DNA of 64,000 nt from Balanoglossus misakiensis (lineage: Eukaryota; Animalia; Hemichordata). The position numbers and the translations under genes were made by a program. The stretch is from the NCBI GenBank assembly GCA_040954595.2, contig CM082592.2:8233677-8297676 (forward strand), given 5' to 3'. Shown here in pieces: positions 1 to 12,200 of this stretch. The notes beneath the pieces were generated by a model that was not told the DNA's origin, did no database searches, and worked only from the letters and a program-made list of their open reading frames with translations. Positions within the stretch are counted from its first letter, which is position 1. Every line of letters begins with the position of its first letter.

Positions 1-163
1 GGGCCTAAGTGACTAGTTAAAGGCAGTATGTTCTATCATGGCTGAACGAAGACCAAAAGTTTCAAACAAGGTTTGACAAGCGATATAGACATCAAAGCCC
101 CTCTTTTCATGTTCGCCATCTTTGTAGGAGACATTCCATTTACATACCTTTCATTTATTCCAG

Positions 164-209
164 GTACCTCGTAGATGATGCTAAGATGATTGCCAGCCTG
201 AATGATTGA
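164..209 (+). CDS. Probable last coding exon of an unidentified upstream gene (...YLVDDAKMIASLND*)
   Basis: Acceptor tttcatttattccag ends at 163; frame closes at TGA 207-209; donor AAG|gtaaga at 240/241; acceptor ttgttttgcag ends at 515; downstream AT-rich exon has AATAAA at 653 and ATTAAA at 741 and 763. Confidence 0.5.
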
Positions 210-1299
210 TGTCCAGAGAATACTGCATGGATGTGGGAAGGTAAGAATTGTGGGAAAGAAAATTGAATGAGATAATACATAGTAGGCGTGTGGGTGGGGT
301 GTGTTTGTTCACAATGTCCAGGAGTTGTCGGTTTAACTAAGTACAATTACATCAAAATTAAATCAAGTTGCCAAATAGAGTGAAATTCCAGGCAGCCATA
401 CAGATTTGCATGATGTACCATCTGCGAATGAACAATTGGCGTACAGTGGTGATCATGCTTTGTTTCATGTCCATGGATATTATAGACATTCATTTCTACA
501 TTGCTTGTTTTGCAGATGCAAAGACCAGATGGGTATCCGGCAACCAAGCTGAGGACGAAGTGTGCATTTTCCGTATTTTAGTATGCCTTGCATTGGTAGA
601 TTTGTATCCATCAATGGAGATACAACGAAAATTGTTTTAGCTTCACAGAAGTAATAAATTTGCTAATTTTTCATATTGTAAGTATACAGATGATACTGTA
701 TACATGTATACTCTTGTGTTTGTGATTTCAAAACTTTGACATTAAAATTTTCAATGATTAAGATTAAAATGAAATACTTTGTGTCTGTATCATTTTATTA
801 CCCCAACACTGCCTTGATGTTGAGATAATTGAAACGGGTAAGGTCAAAGGTCAACCCGCTAATTTGTAACACTAGGCTGTCCCATTGAAATCAAGAAGCG
901 CCAGGTTTGCAACCATTACAGTTACTGACGTATGCAAAGAAGGTGAAACTAATTCATAGCAACTGAGACCTTGGTCTTTGCTTCCTACTGACGCTCAGGA
1001 AATTCAAAAGTAGGCGAAAGATCACCTTTAAATATGGAAACAAATTCTGGAAGTTTGACCTGTTTTCTAAATTTGCTAAAATGTTCAATATGTCAAAAGT
1101 TGCCATAAATCCAAAGTCTGTAACCTTGCTGAGCTTTTCCAAGTAAACCTGTCCAAGTACACTACAGCAGCCGAGACAGGGCGAAAAAACTGTCGTTGAA
1201 TGTATGAATAAGGTAGCAGTTAATCAAGTTTCCCCCTTCCCCGCTATGCTTCCAAGTGTCTTAGCGATGGGAGAGGGGGGTCAAACTTTGGTGTACGTC

Positions 1300-1428
1300 A
1301 CTGAGGGCACCATAATATTCATCACTACTGCAGCAGCAAGTGAAGATGTGGCTGATTTACTTTGAAGTGATCCGGATAATTGAAGATTTGACTTATTTGC
1401 TCGGAGATGATCCAGACAATCAGCAAGG
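1300..1428 (+). other. Candidate non-coding first exon of the KCTD-like gene
   Basis: Donor-like CAAG|gtgggt near 1428, CRE-like tacgtca near 1295, and acceptor gctttttgcag at ~2764 ahead of the BTB ORF. Linking these is inference. Confidence 0.3.
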
Positions 1429-2931
1429 TGGGTGACTTTTCCTTGTGTTTTTTTCTTCACAATTTGAGATGGTCAAAAATGATCGCGTTGTCAATAGCCC
1501 GCCCTCTGTAGTCGTCTTTGCTATTTACTGACACCTGTTGATATCGTATAGGAAAACCCTGCGATTAAATGTTAACTTCGGGTGACCATAATTTGACCTC
1601 CCATTCCGCTAAAAATAGCCGAACAGTTTTTAAAAATTGACTCGTCAGTTTATAGCAGCATTAATGGTTTGGCCGGCGCGTCTCTGATTTGATCATCGAT
1701 TACCCGGTCGTAAAATTTACATTAAGGGACAAATAAAACCACGCGGAAATATGTTAGCTTTAGCTGAATAATCTATACATGTAAATAGGGACAACACGTG
1801 AAATTGTTTTATGTCCGGTTTGGCGATAAGATATCTGGGTGGGGATGTAGGGTCAGGGTGTTAAAATGGGTTTGTGGGTCATAAGCGTGTACCAGCCACA
1901 ATGTTCTGTGACGCGTAACAAGTTATGAATGGTACTGACCCCGACCCGAGATACTAGTACATGTATTCGTAAGCCATATACAGTGTACATTGTATTTACA
2001 AACGCGGCCGTCTGTCAACACACCACCGAAATTATCACTCGGAATCGTGGTGGAATAGTGTCCGTTGAACTAAACCGGGCCAGTCAATACGCGAAGCTCC
2101 CCCAGGGAGGTCTGATCTCATTGGTTTCGACATTACTGCACCCCAGTGGGGCATCTGTTCGACCAATCAAAAGGCTCGCTTCGAGGTAGTTCCACCCAGA
2201 AATTCTTAGCGTAACAACTGAAAACAATTATCAGATTTACGCTTTGCAATTGTGATGGTAAATGCAATCAATAAAGCTATGAAACTGCGAGTGTTATTGG
2301 TCAATTGGCCATATTTGACCTTTAACACGTTCAATTTAGAATTCAACTATGCATTAGCTGTCAATTAATTTGGCATCCCTTGCCATTATCACCACTGTCA
2401 GGTAAAGACGTTGTTCCAAAATATATAAATTCACCGACAAATGGATCGATGAATGTTGTTCTGCGACTGTGGATGTACAATAGAGTGATCCTCAGCTCTG
2501 TGCAAATATTTTAAAAGTCCGTACCTACATGGCATGTCGCCGGCACGTATTTGGCAAAGTTAGGTATAATACAATTTTTCGGACACAAACATGGATTCAA
2601 ATTATTTAAAAATAAAAACGCTTCAGTCGACCCATTAAACACATCTATGAATATGACCTTCGATTCCATTGTTACACAAAATATTACCAGCGCAGCTGCC
2701 CGACAACGTTCTGTGTAAGCAGGTGTTGAATTATCACTATTAGTAACTGCCGCGCTTTTTGCAGATCGGTTGGTAAACAGAAAATTGGCCCGGACGTTTC
2801 ACTGTGCACGTAACCCCGATAACCCCTCACGACGTATCGTCATCATTAGCATCGTTCAAAGTCCGCCATCGGGTTGTTTTTTTTGAACGCACGCCGTCGA
2901 GACAGTCGCTGACTCGCTTCGCGGGATCACG

Positions 2932-3381
2932 ATGAAGAGAGCAACGATGATGACCGACCAGAACCAAAACGACGTTCTGAAGTGCATCGTCGGACCGAGG
3001 GTGTACTCTCTGCCGCACACGATCCTGGAGAGGTACCCGCACTCGAAACTGGTCTCCATGTTGGAAAACGGGACGAAACCTCGCGGGAAGATCCCCGCTT
3101 TCGCCCACGCCCCGGCTCTGTGTTTACCTCACAGAAATGGCAAGTTGTTTCAAATCATTCTGGGGTTTCTGCGCACGGGGACTTTTTCGCTGCCGGACAA
3201 TTTCAACGACTTTGAGACTCTGGAAGCGGAAGTCGACTTCTACGGCATTCCAGAACTGACCGACATCTTTATGGCGCAAAAGCGCAAGTTCGAGGAGAAG
3301 ACCCTGAAGGAAACATCGTACGTACCAACGCAGACATTTTCCCTAGAATGTTATGAATACTCGTCTCTACGGTGTGAATAG
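2932..3381 (+). CDS. KCTD-family BTB/POZ (T1 tetramerisation-type) domain protein, ~149 aa
   Basis: Motifs VGPRVYSLPHTILERYPHSKLVSML and NGKLFQIILGFLRTGTFSLPDNFNDFETLEAEVDFYGIPEL follow the KCTD BTB consensus (VGG..Y.T...L..YP.S.L..M; DG.LF..IL.FLRTG.L.LP..F....L..EA.FY.I..L). Confidence 0.85.
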   Translation: MKRATMMTDQNQNDVLKCIVGPRVYSLPHTILERYPHSKLVSMLENGTKPRGKIPAFAHAPALCLPHRNGKLFQIILGFLRTGTFSLPDNFNDFETLEAEVDFYGIPELTDIFMAQKRKFEEKTLKETSYVPTQTFSLECYEYSSLRCE

Positions 3382-4052
3382 ATAGATGTCAAATCTACGA
3401 ACAAAACACGCTGGCAAGACGACATAATTTATGAGGAAAAATCGATCGGAGCTTTCTCTTGTTGACGGAACACATGAACATTTTTTCCCGTGACGGTGTA
3501 ATTGCAATATTGGAGCCGAATTTCACATCCTTCGGGCGATGTACGACAAAGATTTGCCGAATGACTGTATGACTTTATTTTTACAATTCGTATATATACC
3601 GTTGTGTGCCTTTAAACCACAGCAACTCGCCTCGCCATTTGGGAAGACCGGTATCTGCACAGACTTTATTATATGTCTGACTTCACACAAACTCTCAAGA
3701 TGGGGTCAGTATGGTTTATATATGTCATGTGTACTAGTTGTGAGGTGAGTATTACGCTCATGTGAGACCTATACCGGTATTACCTTTGTAATCACCAATT
3801 ATATCAAAATAATTCCCACTTCGCGACAACACAGCTATGTTATCTACATGTAAGCTTGCTTTATTACGAACTGCACATGAGGCTACGTGTTTTACCGCAC
3901 AATTCAAATTCTGACTGTTAGAAAGCATGTTAAATAGGCGAGTATTAACATCAATATCGCCGTTAGGTCAAGTTCTTCATATTCTAACGATGACGCAGCT
4001 CCATGTGACCTAGATGTGGGAGTTACCCGGATGAACGCTGGCCTTGACGCAT

Positions 4053-5940
4053 CTAATTTGCGTTCCAGCAGTCGCTATAGATACGGTAGTCTCCGTCCAA
4101 CTTCTTCCAAATGGCAAGACCTTTGCCGTGAACTTGAGAGCCGTCAGCTTTGCCGATGGTGTAACTCTTGCGACAGAACACCGCATCTTGGCCAAGGCTG
4201 CCGATTTCTTCCACTTTGATGGTGACGCTCGTCTGGCCCGATTTCAAACAGTCATCCCACAATCTTTGCACACCTGGGAAACGATTCGAGACGAGAGATT
4301 AGTGGCATTAGAGAAATACATAAAAAAGAAGAAAAAAGGAATGTTCAGGATGATTGAAACACAACAGATCATGTGATCGGGGGTTGTGTGCAATGCCCCT
4401 GAGACCAGCCATATATAGTCGTATAAATTTTTCAAATTGTTTATTTCTGATATATATAGGCTTTGACCAATATTGGATGATTTTCCCAATATAGATGTTT
4501 AACCCTCTAAAATTAACCAAAGCTGCTAAGGGCATTTCAGAACAAACTATTTTTTCATGATCGCTAGTACCATACCAGTTCACTGAGGTATTACTTGATT
4601 TCCTCCCCCAGAAGTAAATTTTTATGGTTTTTGCCAATGGATACATTTTTTACTAAATATCTATCAGTATTATTGTACTTAATATTTTGTTTTGTTTTCC
4701 ACTTTTGAGTGTTGTATATTTTGAATAAATTATATTTATACTATACAGTCTTGTGACGTGTGATTTTTAAGTGAAGTTGTGTGTTTCCAAAAGCGTGTGA
4801 TGGTGTGTGTGAGGTGTGTGTGTGTGTGTGTTTTTTGTGTGTGTTTTTTTTGGAGGGGGGGGGGGGTGGTTGGTTATAGCTACCTGGCACGTAACTGCCG
4901 TGTCAATACAAGAACTGGGAATAATAGTTCAGGCTGCTTGTATCAACAGCTGTACTTTGCCAATCCAGAAAACGAATTAAGCTGACATTGATTGAAATAA
5001 GCATTTATAAAAGAGAGAGAAAAAAGAACTCCACATGCACACAGCTTGTAAATGTTGCGCAGTGGCCGGCGGTCGACATACTTCCAAACCCCAAACCCCC
5101 TGGAACAAATTTGGACTCGTGTTTGTGTTTATCCGCGCGTCCTTGGACATGTATACAGGAAACTTTGCAAATCGTTGTACATTGTAATCGGTTTATCAGC
5201 TTCTTCGGACCGCATGTCGGCAGCCACAAATCCAGCATGCAGTCACGCAGAGGCGAACAAAATCTCTGGCATTCGGGGTGAACAAGCTTTCTCTGCCTGC
5301 CGTGGGGGAAAAAAACTTTACACACAAAACAATACCCTGTACATCTGCTGTGTACAATTTAAATCGAAAATCCGCTTTCTCCCCTGTCGTTCTAGTGGAA
5401 CTCTTCAAGCTGTTGCACCTAGTAAAACCCCAACCCACGTAATATTTGGGAAAGATAGACAACCTATCAAAAAAGACATTTGCATAACTTGAAAATCAAA
5501 AAGCGACTTGATTTATGTTTAGTGACACATATGAATCCGACACGTAGGTAAATGGGATGAATATATCTTGTTTTTGTTAATGCAGATAGTATGGGTTTCT
5601 GAAATAGTAGAAACTTCTGAACAATATAAATCAATGTGACAAAAGGTTGTCATATGAAAAATAAATTAAAGTTCAACTTTGAAATATATAAATTCAACCC
5701 GACTGTGGTTTCAGATGCGAAACACTAAAGCGAAAGTAAGGTACATGTATTTTGTTCTGATAACTGATAACCAAATATTGATTTACCTTCAGCTCCAACC
5801 AACAGGTCTTCTCCAGGAGCCAACAGTTTGCAGTCGTTTGTGTACAACCCAATCAAGGCTTTGACATTGCCGGAATTCTGGAAGTCGCAAAACGTCTTGG
5901 TTTTGACGGTAATTGCTGCGATGACGTCACTCTCTGTCAT
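4053..5940 (-). CDS. SnoaL-like / DUF4440 NTF2-fold protein, two exons (5940-5787, 4273-4053), 124 aa
   Basis: Exon 1 MTESDVIAAITVKTKTFCDFQNSGNVKALIGLYTNDCKLLAPGEDLLVGAE ends GAAG|gtaaat; exon 2 starts ttcccag|GT and continues in phase GVQRLWDD...GKGLAIWKKLDGDYRIYSDCWNAN*. The pattern GD..AL..LYT.D..L..PG.....G...I ... GK...WKK..G.W.I..D.WN is typical of YybH/DUF4440 proteins. Confidence 0.85.
4790..4865. repeat. Imperfect (GT)n microsatellite plus poly-G run in the NTF2-gene intron
   Basis: tgtgtgtgtg runs followed by tttttttt and a G run. Confidence 0.8.
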
Positions 5941-6249
5941 TTTCTCTCTGGTTTTCCGCCTTATCCTTTTATCAGTTTATCACTCTTAATGAAAGTCGAT
6001 ATACGCGAGGGTCTTGTCTTCCTGTAGAAAGCCAGCGTCGTTACAACGGTTGAAAAGTGATCTTCTTGCTTTTTCAATCATCCGTTCGGTGACATCACAG
6101 TACAAATGGCCAATCCCGAAGCGAGGGCGATTCGATTGCAGAGTATTCAATTTATCATAGGTTAATCGTAGAATGTCAAATAAAAGAATCATGCATCATT
6201 AGAGTCTTCTGTGGTCTGTTGTTCTCTCATTACGCATAGATCCAATCTG

Positions 6250-9200
6250 ACAATTGACAACTTTTTGATTTGCGAATTTCATCATTTTTTCAAATTTTCA
6301 TGGGTTATAGCTCATGAAAATCATCAAGAACTGACAATTTTTCGTCTTTGCGAATTTCATCATTTTTTCATAAAAATCATTAAAATCCTCAAAAAATGAC
6401 CATTTTTCGACTTTCCGAAACATCAACATTTCTTCATTTTTTCATAAAAATCATGGGTTATAGCGCATGAAAATCGTCAAAAAATGACAATTTTTCGACT
6501 TTCAGAAATATCAGAATTTCTTCATTTTTCCGAAAAAAGCATGGGTTATAGCTCAGGAAAATCGTCAAAAAATAACAATTTTTCGAATTTGCGGAATTTC
6601 AAAATTTGGCCGATTGTTGAAAAAATCAAGGGTTATAGCTCAGGAAAATCGTCAAAAAATGACAATTTTTCGACTTTGCGGAATTTCAAAATTTGGCCGA
6701 TTTTTGAAAAAACCATGGGTTATAGCTCAGGAAAATGTTCAAAAATCGAGGATTTTTCGACTTTGCGAATTTTCAAAATTTGGTCATTTTTTGAAAAAAC
6801 CATGGGTTATAGCTCAGGAAAATGTTCAAAAATCGAAGATTTTTCGACATTGCGAATTTTTAAAATTTGGTCATTTTTTGAAAAAACCATGGGTTATAGC
6901 TCAGGAAAATGTTCAAAAATCGAGGATTTTTCGACTTTGCGAATTTTCAAAATTTGGTCATTTTTTGAAAAAACCATGGGTTATAGCTCAGGAAAATGTT
7001 CAAAAATCGAGGATTTTTCGACTTTGCGAATTTTCAAAATTTGGTCATTTTTTGAAAAAACCATGGGTTATAGCTCAGGAAAATGTTCAAAAATCGAGGA
7101 TTTTTCGACTTTGCGAATTTTCAAAATTTGGTCATTTTTTGAAAAAAACCATGGGTTATAGCTCAGGAAAATGTTCAAAAATCGAGAATTTTTCGACTTT
7201 GCGAATTTTCAAAATTTGGTCATTTTTTGAAAAAACCATGGGTTATAGCTCAGGAAAATGTTCAAAAATCGACGATTTTTCGACTTTGCGAATTTTCAAA
7301 ATTTGGTCATTTTTTGAAAAAACCATGGGTTATAGCTCAGGAAAATGTTGAAAAATCGACGATTTTTCGACTTTGCGAATTTTCAAAATTTGGTCATTTT
7401 TTGAAAAAACCATGGGTTATAGCTCAGGAAAATGTTCAAAAATCGAGGATTTTTCGACTTTGCGAATTTTCAAAATTTGGTCATTTTTTGAAAAAAACAT
7501 GGGTTATAGCTCAGGAAAATGTTCAAAAATCGAGGATTTTTCGACTTTGCGAATTTTCAAAATTTGGTCATTTTTTGAAAAAAACATGGGTTATAGCTCA
7601 GGAAAATGTTCAAAAATCGAGGATTTTTCGACTTTGCGAATTTTCAAAATTTGGTCATTTTTTGAAAAAACCATGGGTTATAGCTCAGGAAAATGTTCAA
7701 AAATCGAGGATTTTTCGACTTTGCGAATTTTCAAAATTTGGTCATTTTTTGAAAAAAACCATGGGTTATAGCTCAGGAAAATGTTCAAAAATCGAGGATT
7801 TTTCGACTTTGCGAATTTTCAAAATTTGGTCATTTTTTGAAAAAAACCATGGGTTATAGCTCAGGAAAATGTTCAAAAATCGAGGATTTTTCGACTTTTC
7901 GAATTTTCAAAATTTGGTCATTTTTTGAAAAAAACCATGGGTTATAGCTCAGGAAAATGTTCAAAAATCGAGGATTTTTCGACTTTGCGAATTTTCAAAA
8001 TTTGGTCATTTTTTGAAAAAACCATGGGTTATAGCTCAGGAAAATGTTCAAAAATCGACGATTTTTCGACTTTGCGAATTTTCAAAATTTGGTCATTTTT
8101 TGAAAAAACCATGGGTTATAGCTCAGGAAAATGTTCAAAAATCGAGGATTTTTCGACTTTGCGAATTTTCAAAATTTGGTCATTTTTTAAAAAAAACATG
8201 GGTTATAGCTCAGGAAAATGTTCAAAAATCGAGGATTTTTCGACTTTGCGAATTTTCAAAATTTGGTCATTTTTTAAAAAAAACATGGGTTATAGCTCAG
8301 GAAAATGTTCAAAAATCGACGATTTTTCGACTTTGCGAATTTTCAAAATTTGGTCATTTTTTGAAAAAACCATGGGTTATAGCTCAGGAAAATGTTCAAA
8401 AATCGACGATTTTTCGACTTTGCGAATTTTCAAAATTTGGTCATTTTTTGAAAAAACCATGGGTTATAGCTCAGGAAAATGTTCAAAAATCGAGGATTTT
8501 TCGACTTTGCGAATTTTCAAAATTTGGTCATTTTTTGAAAAAACCATGGGTTATAGCTCAGGAAAATGTTCAAAAATCGAGGATTTTTCGACTTTGCGAA
8601 TTTTCAAAATTTGGTCATTTTTTTAAAAAACCATGGGTTACAGCTCAGGAAAATGTTCAAAAATCGAGGATTTTTTGACTTTGCGAATTTTCAAAATTTG
8701 GTCATTTTTTGAAAAAACCATGGGTTATAGCTCAGGAAAATGTTCAAAAATCGACGATTTTTCGACTTTGCGAATTTTCAAAATTTGGTCATTTTTTGAA
8801 AAAACCATGGGTTATAGCTCAGGAAAATGTTCAAAAATCGAGGATTTTTCGACTTTGCGAATTTTCAAAATTTGGTCATTTTTTTAAAAAAACATGGGTT
8901 ATAGCTCAGGAAAATGTTCAAAAATCGAGGATTTTTCGACTTTGCGAATTTTCAAAATTTGGTCATTTTTTTAAAAAAACATGGGTTATAGCTCAGGAAA
9001 ATGTTCAAAAATCGACGATTTTTCGACTTTGCGAATTTTCAAAATTTGGTCATTTTTTGAAAAAACCATGGGTTATAGCTCAGGAAAATGTTCAAAAATC
9101 GACGATTTTTCGACTTTGCGAATTTTCAAAATTTGGTCATTTTTTGAAAAAACCATGGGTTATAGCTCAGGAAAATGTTCAAAAATCGAGGATTTTTCGA

Positions 9201-12200
9201 CTTTGCGAATTTTCAAAATTTGGTCATTTTTTGAAAAAACCATGGGTTATAGCTCAGGAAAATGTTCAAAAATCGAGGATTTTTCGACTTTGCGAATTTT
9301 CAAAATTTGGTCATTTTTTTAAAAAACCATGGGTTACAGCTCAGGAAAATGTTCAAAAATCGAGGATTTTTTGACTTTGCGAATTTTCAAAATTTGGTCA
9401 TTTTTTGAAAAAACCATGGGTTATAGCTCAGGAAAATGTTCAAAAATCGAGGATTTTTCGACTTTGCGAATTTTCAAAATTTGGTCATTTTTTGAAAAAA
9501 ACATGGGTTATAGCTCAGGAAAATGTTCAAAAATCGAGGATTTTTCGACTTTGCGAATTTTCAAAATTTGGTCATTTTTTGAAAAAACCATGGGTTATAG
9601 CTCAGGAAAATGTTCAAAAATCGAGGATTTTTCGACTTTGCGAATTTTCAAAATTTGGTCATTTTTTGAGAAAACCATGGGTTATAGCTCAGGAAAATGT
9701 TCAAAAATCGAGGATTTTTCGACTTTGCGAATTTTCAAAATTTGGTCATTTTTTGAGAAAACCATGGGTTATAGCTCAGGAAAATGTTCAAAAATCGAGG
9801 ATTTTTCGACTTTGCGAATTTTCAAAATTTGGTCATTTTTTGAAAAAACCATGGGTTATAGCTCAGGAAAATGTTCAAAAATCGAGGATTTTTCGACTTT
9901 GCGAATTTTCAAAATTTGGTCATTTTTTGAAAAAACCATGGGTTATAGCTTAGGAAAATGTTCAAAAATCGAGGATTTTTCGACTTTGCGAATTTTCAAA
10001 ATTTGGTCATTTTTTGAAAAAACCATGGGTTATAGCTCAGGAAAATGTTCAAAAATCGAGGATTTTTCGACTTTGCGAATTTTCAAAATTTGGTCATTTT
10101 TTGAAAAAACCATGGGTTATAGCTCAGGAAAATGTTCAAAAATCGAGGATTTTTCGACTTTGCGAATTTTCAAAATTTGGTCATTTTTTGAAAAAAACCA
10201 TGGGTTATAGCTCAGGAAAATGTTCAAAAATCGAGGATTTTTCGACTTTGCGAATTTTCAAAATTTGGTCATTTTTTGAAAAAACCATGGGTTATAGCTC
10301 AGGAAAATGTTCAAAAATCGAGGATTTTTCGACTTTGCGAATTTTCAAAATTTGGTCATTTTTTGAAAAAACCATGGGTTATAGCTCAGGAAAATGTTCA
10401 AAAATCGAGGATTTTTCGACTTTGCGAATTTTCAAAATTTGGTCATTTTTTGAAAAAACCATGGGTTATAGCTCAGGAAAATGTTCAAAAATCGAGGATT
10501 TTTCGACTTTGCGAATTTTCAAAATTTGGTCATTTTTTGAAAAAACCATGGGTTATAGCTCAGGAAAATGTTCAAAAATCGAAGATTTTTCGACATTGCG
10601 AATTTTCAAAATTTGGTCATTTTTTGAAAAAAACATGGGTTATAGCTCAGGAAAATGTTCAAAAATCGACGATTTTTCGACTTTGCGAATTTTCAAAATT
10701 TGGTCATTTTTTGAAAAAACCATGGGTTATAGCTCAGGAAAATGTTCAAAAATCGAGGATTTTTCGACTTTGCGAATTTTCAAAATTTGGTCATTTTTTG
10801 AAAAAACCATGGGTTATAGCTCAGGAAAATGTTCAAAAATCGAGGATTTTTCGACTTTGCGAATTTTCAAAATTTGGTCATTTTTTGAAAAAACCATGGG
10901 TTATAGCTCAGGAAAATGTTCAAAAATCGAGGATTTTTCGACTTTGCGAATTTTCAAAATTTGGTCATTTTTTGAAAAAACCATGGGTTATAGCTCAGGA
11001 AAATGTTCAAAAATCAAAGATTTTTCGACATTGCGAATTTTCAAAATTTGGTCATTTTTTGAAAAAACCATGGGTTATAGCTCAGGAAAATGTTCAAAAA
11101 TCGAGGATTTTTCGACTTTGCGAATTTTCAAAATTTGGTCATTTTTTGAAAAAAACATGGGTTATAGCTCGGGAAAATGTTCAAAAATCGAGGATTTTTC
11201 GACTTTGCGAATTTTCAAAATTTGGTCATTTTTTGAAAAAACCATGGGTTATAGCTCGGGAAAATGTTCAAAAATCGAGGATTTTTCGACTTTGCGAATT
11301 TTCAAAATTTGGTCATTTTTTGAAAAAACCATGGGTTATAGCTCAGGAAAATGTTCAAAAATCGAGGATTTTTCGACTTTGCGAATTTTCAAAATTTGGT
11401 CATTTTTTGAAAAAACCATGGGTTATAGCTCAGGAAAATGTTCAAAAATCGAGGATTTTTCGACTTTGCGAATTTTCAAAATTTGGTCATTTTTTGAGAA
11501 AACCATGGGTTATAGCTCAGGAAAATGTTCAAAAATCGAGGATTTTTCGACTTTGCGAATTTTCAAAATTTGGTCATTTTTTGAGAAAACCATGGGTTAT
11601 AGCTCAGGAAAATGTTCAAAAATCGAGGATTTTTCGACTTTGCGAATTTTCAAAATTTGGTCATTTTTTGAGAAAACCATGGGTTATAGCTCAGGAAAAT
11701 GTTCAAAAATCGAGGATTTTTCGACTTTGCGAATTTTCAAAATTTGGTCATTTTTTGAGAAAACCATGGGTTATAGCTCAGGAAAATGTTCAAAAATCGA
11801 GGATTTTTCGACTTTGCGAATTTTCAAAATTTGGTCATTTTTTGAAAAAACCATGGGTTATAGCTTAGGAAAATGTTCAAAAATCGAGGATTTTTCGACT
11901 TTGCGAATTTTCAAAATTTGGTCATTTTTTGAAAAAACCATGGGTTATAGCTCAGGAAAATGTTCAAAAATCGAGGATTTTTCGACTTTGCGAATTTTCA
12001 AAATTTGGTCATTTTTTGAAAAAACCATGGGTTATAGCTCAGGAAAATGTTCAAAAATCGAGGATTTTTCGACTTTGCGAATTTTCAAAATTTGGTCATT
12101 TTTTGAAAAAACCATGGGTTATAGCTCAGGAAAATGTTCAAAAATCGAGGATTTTTCGACTTTGCGAATTTTCAAAATTTGGTCATTTTTTGAAAAAACC

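Noticed and set aside
4499-4510. TTAACCCT piggyBac-like end
   Set aside because: No matching AGGGTTAA end or transposase remnant seen nearby.
5333-5355. miR-10-like TACCCTGTA
   Set aside because: The 3' part diverges and no hairpin partner is seen.
6713-6800. Telomere hexamer (GGGTTA) or CENP-B box in the monomer
   Set aside because: Only one hexamer per unit; TTCG is present but the CGGG half of the CENP-B box is missing.
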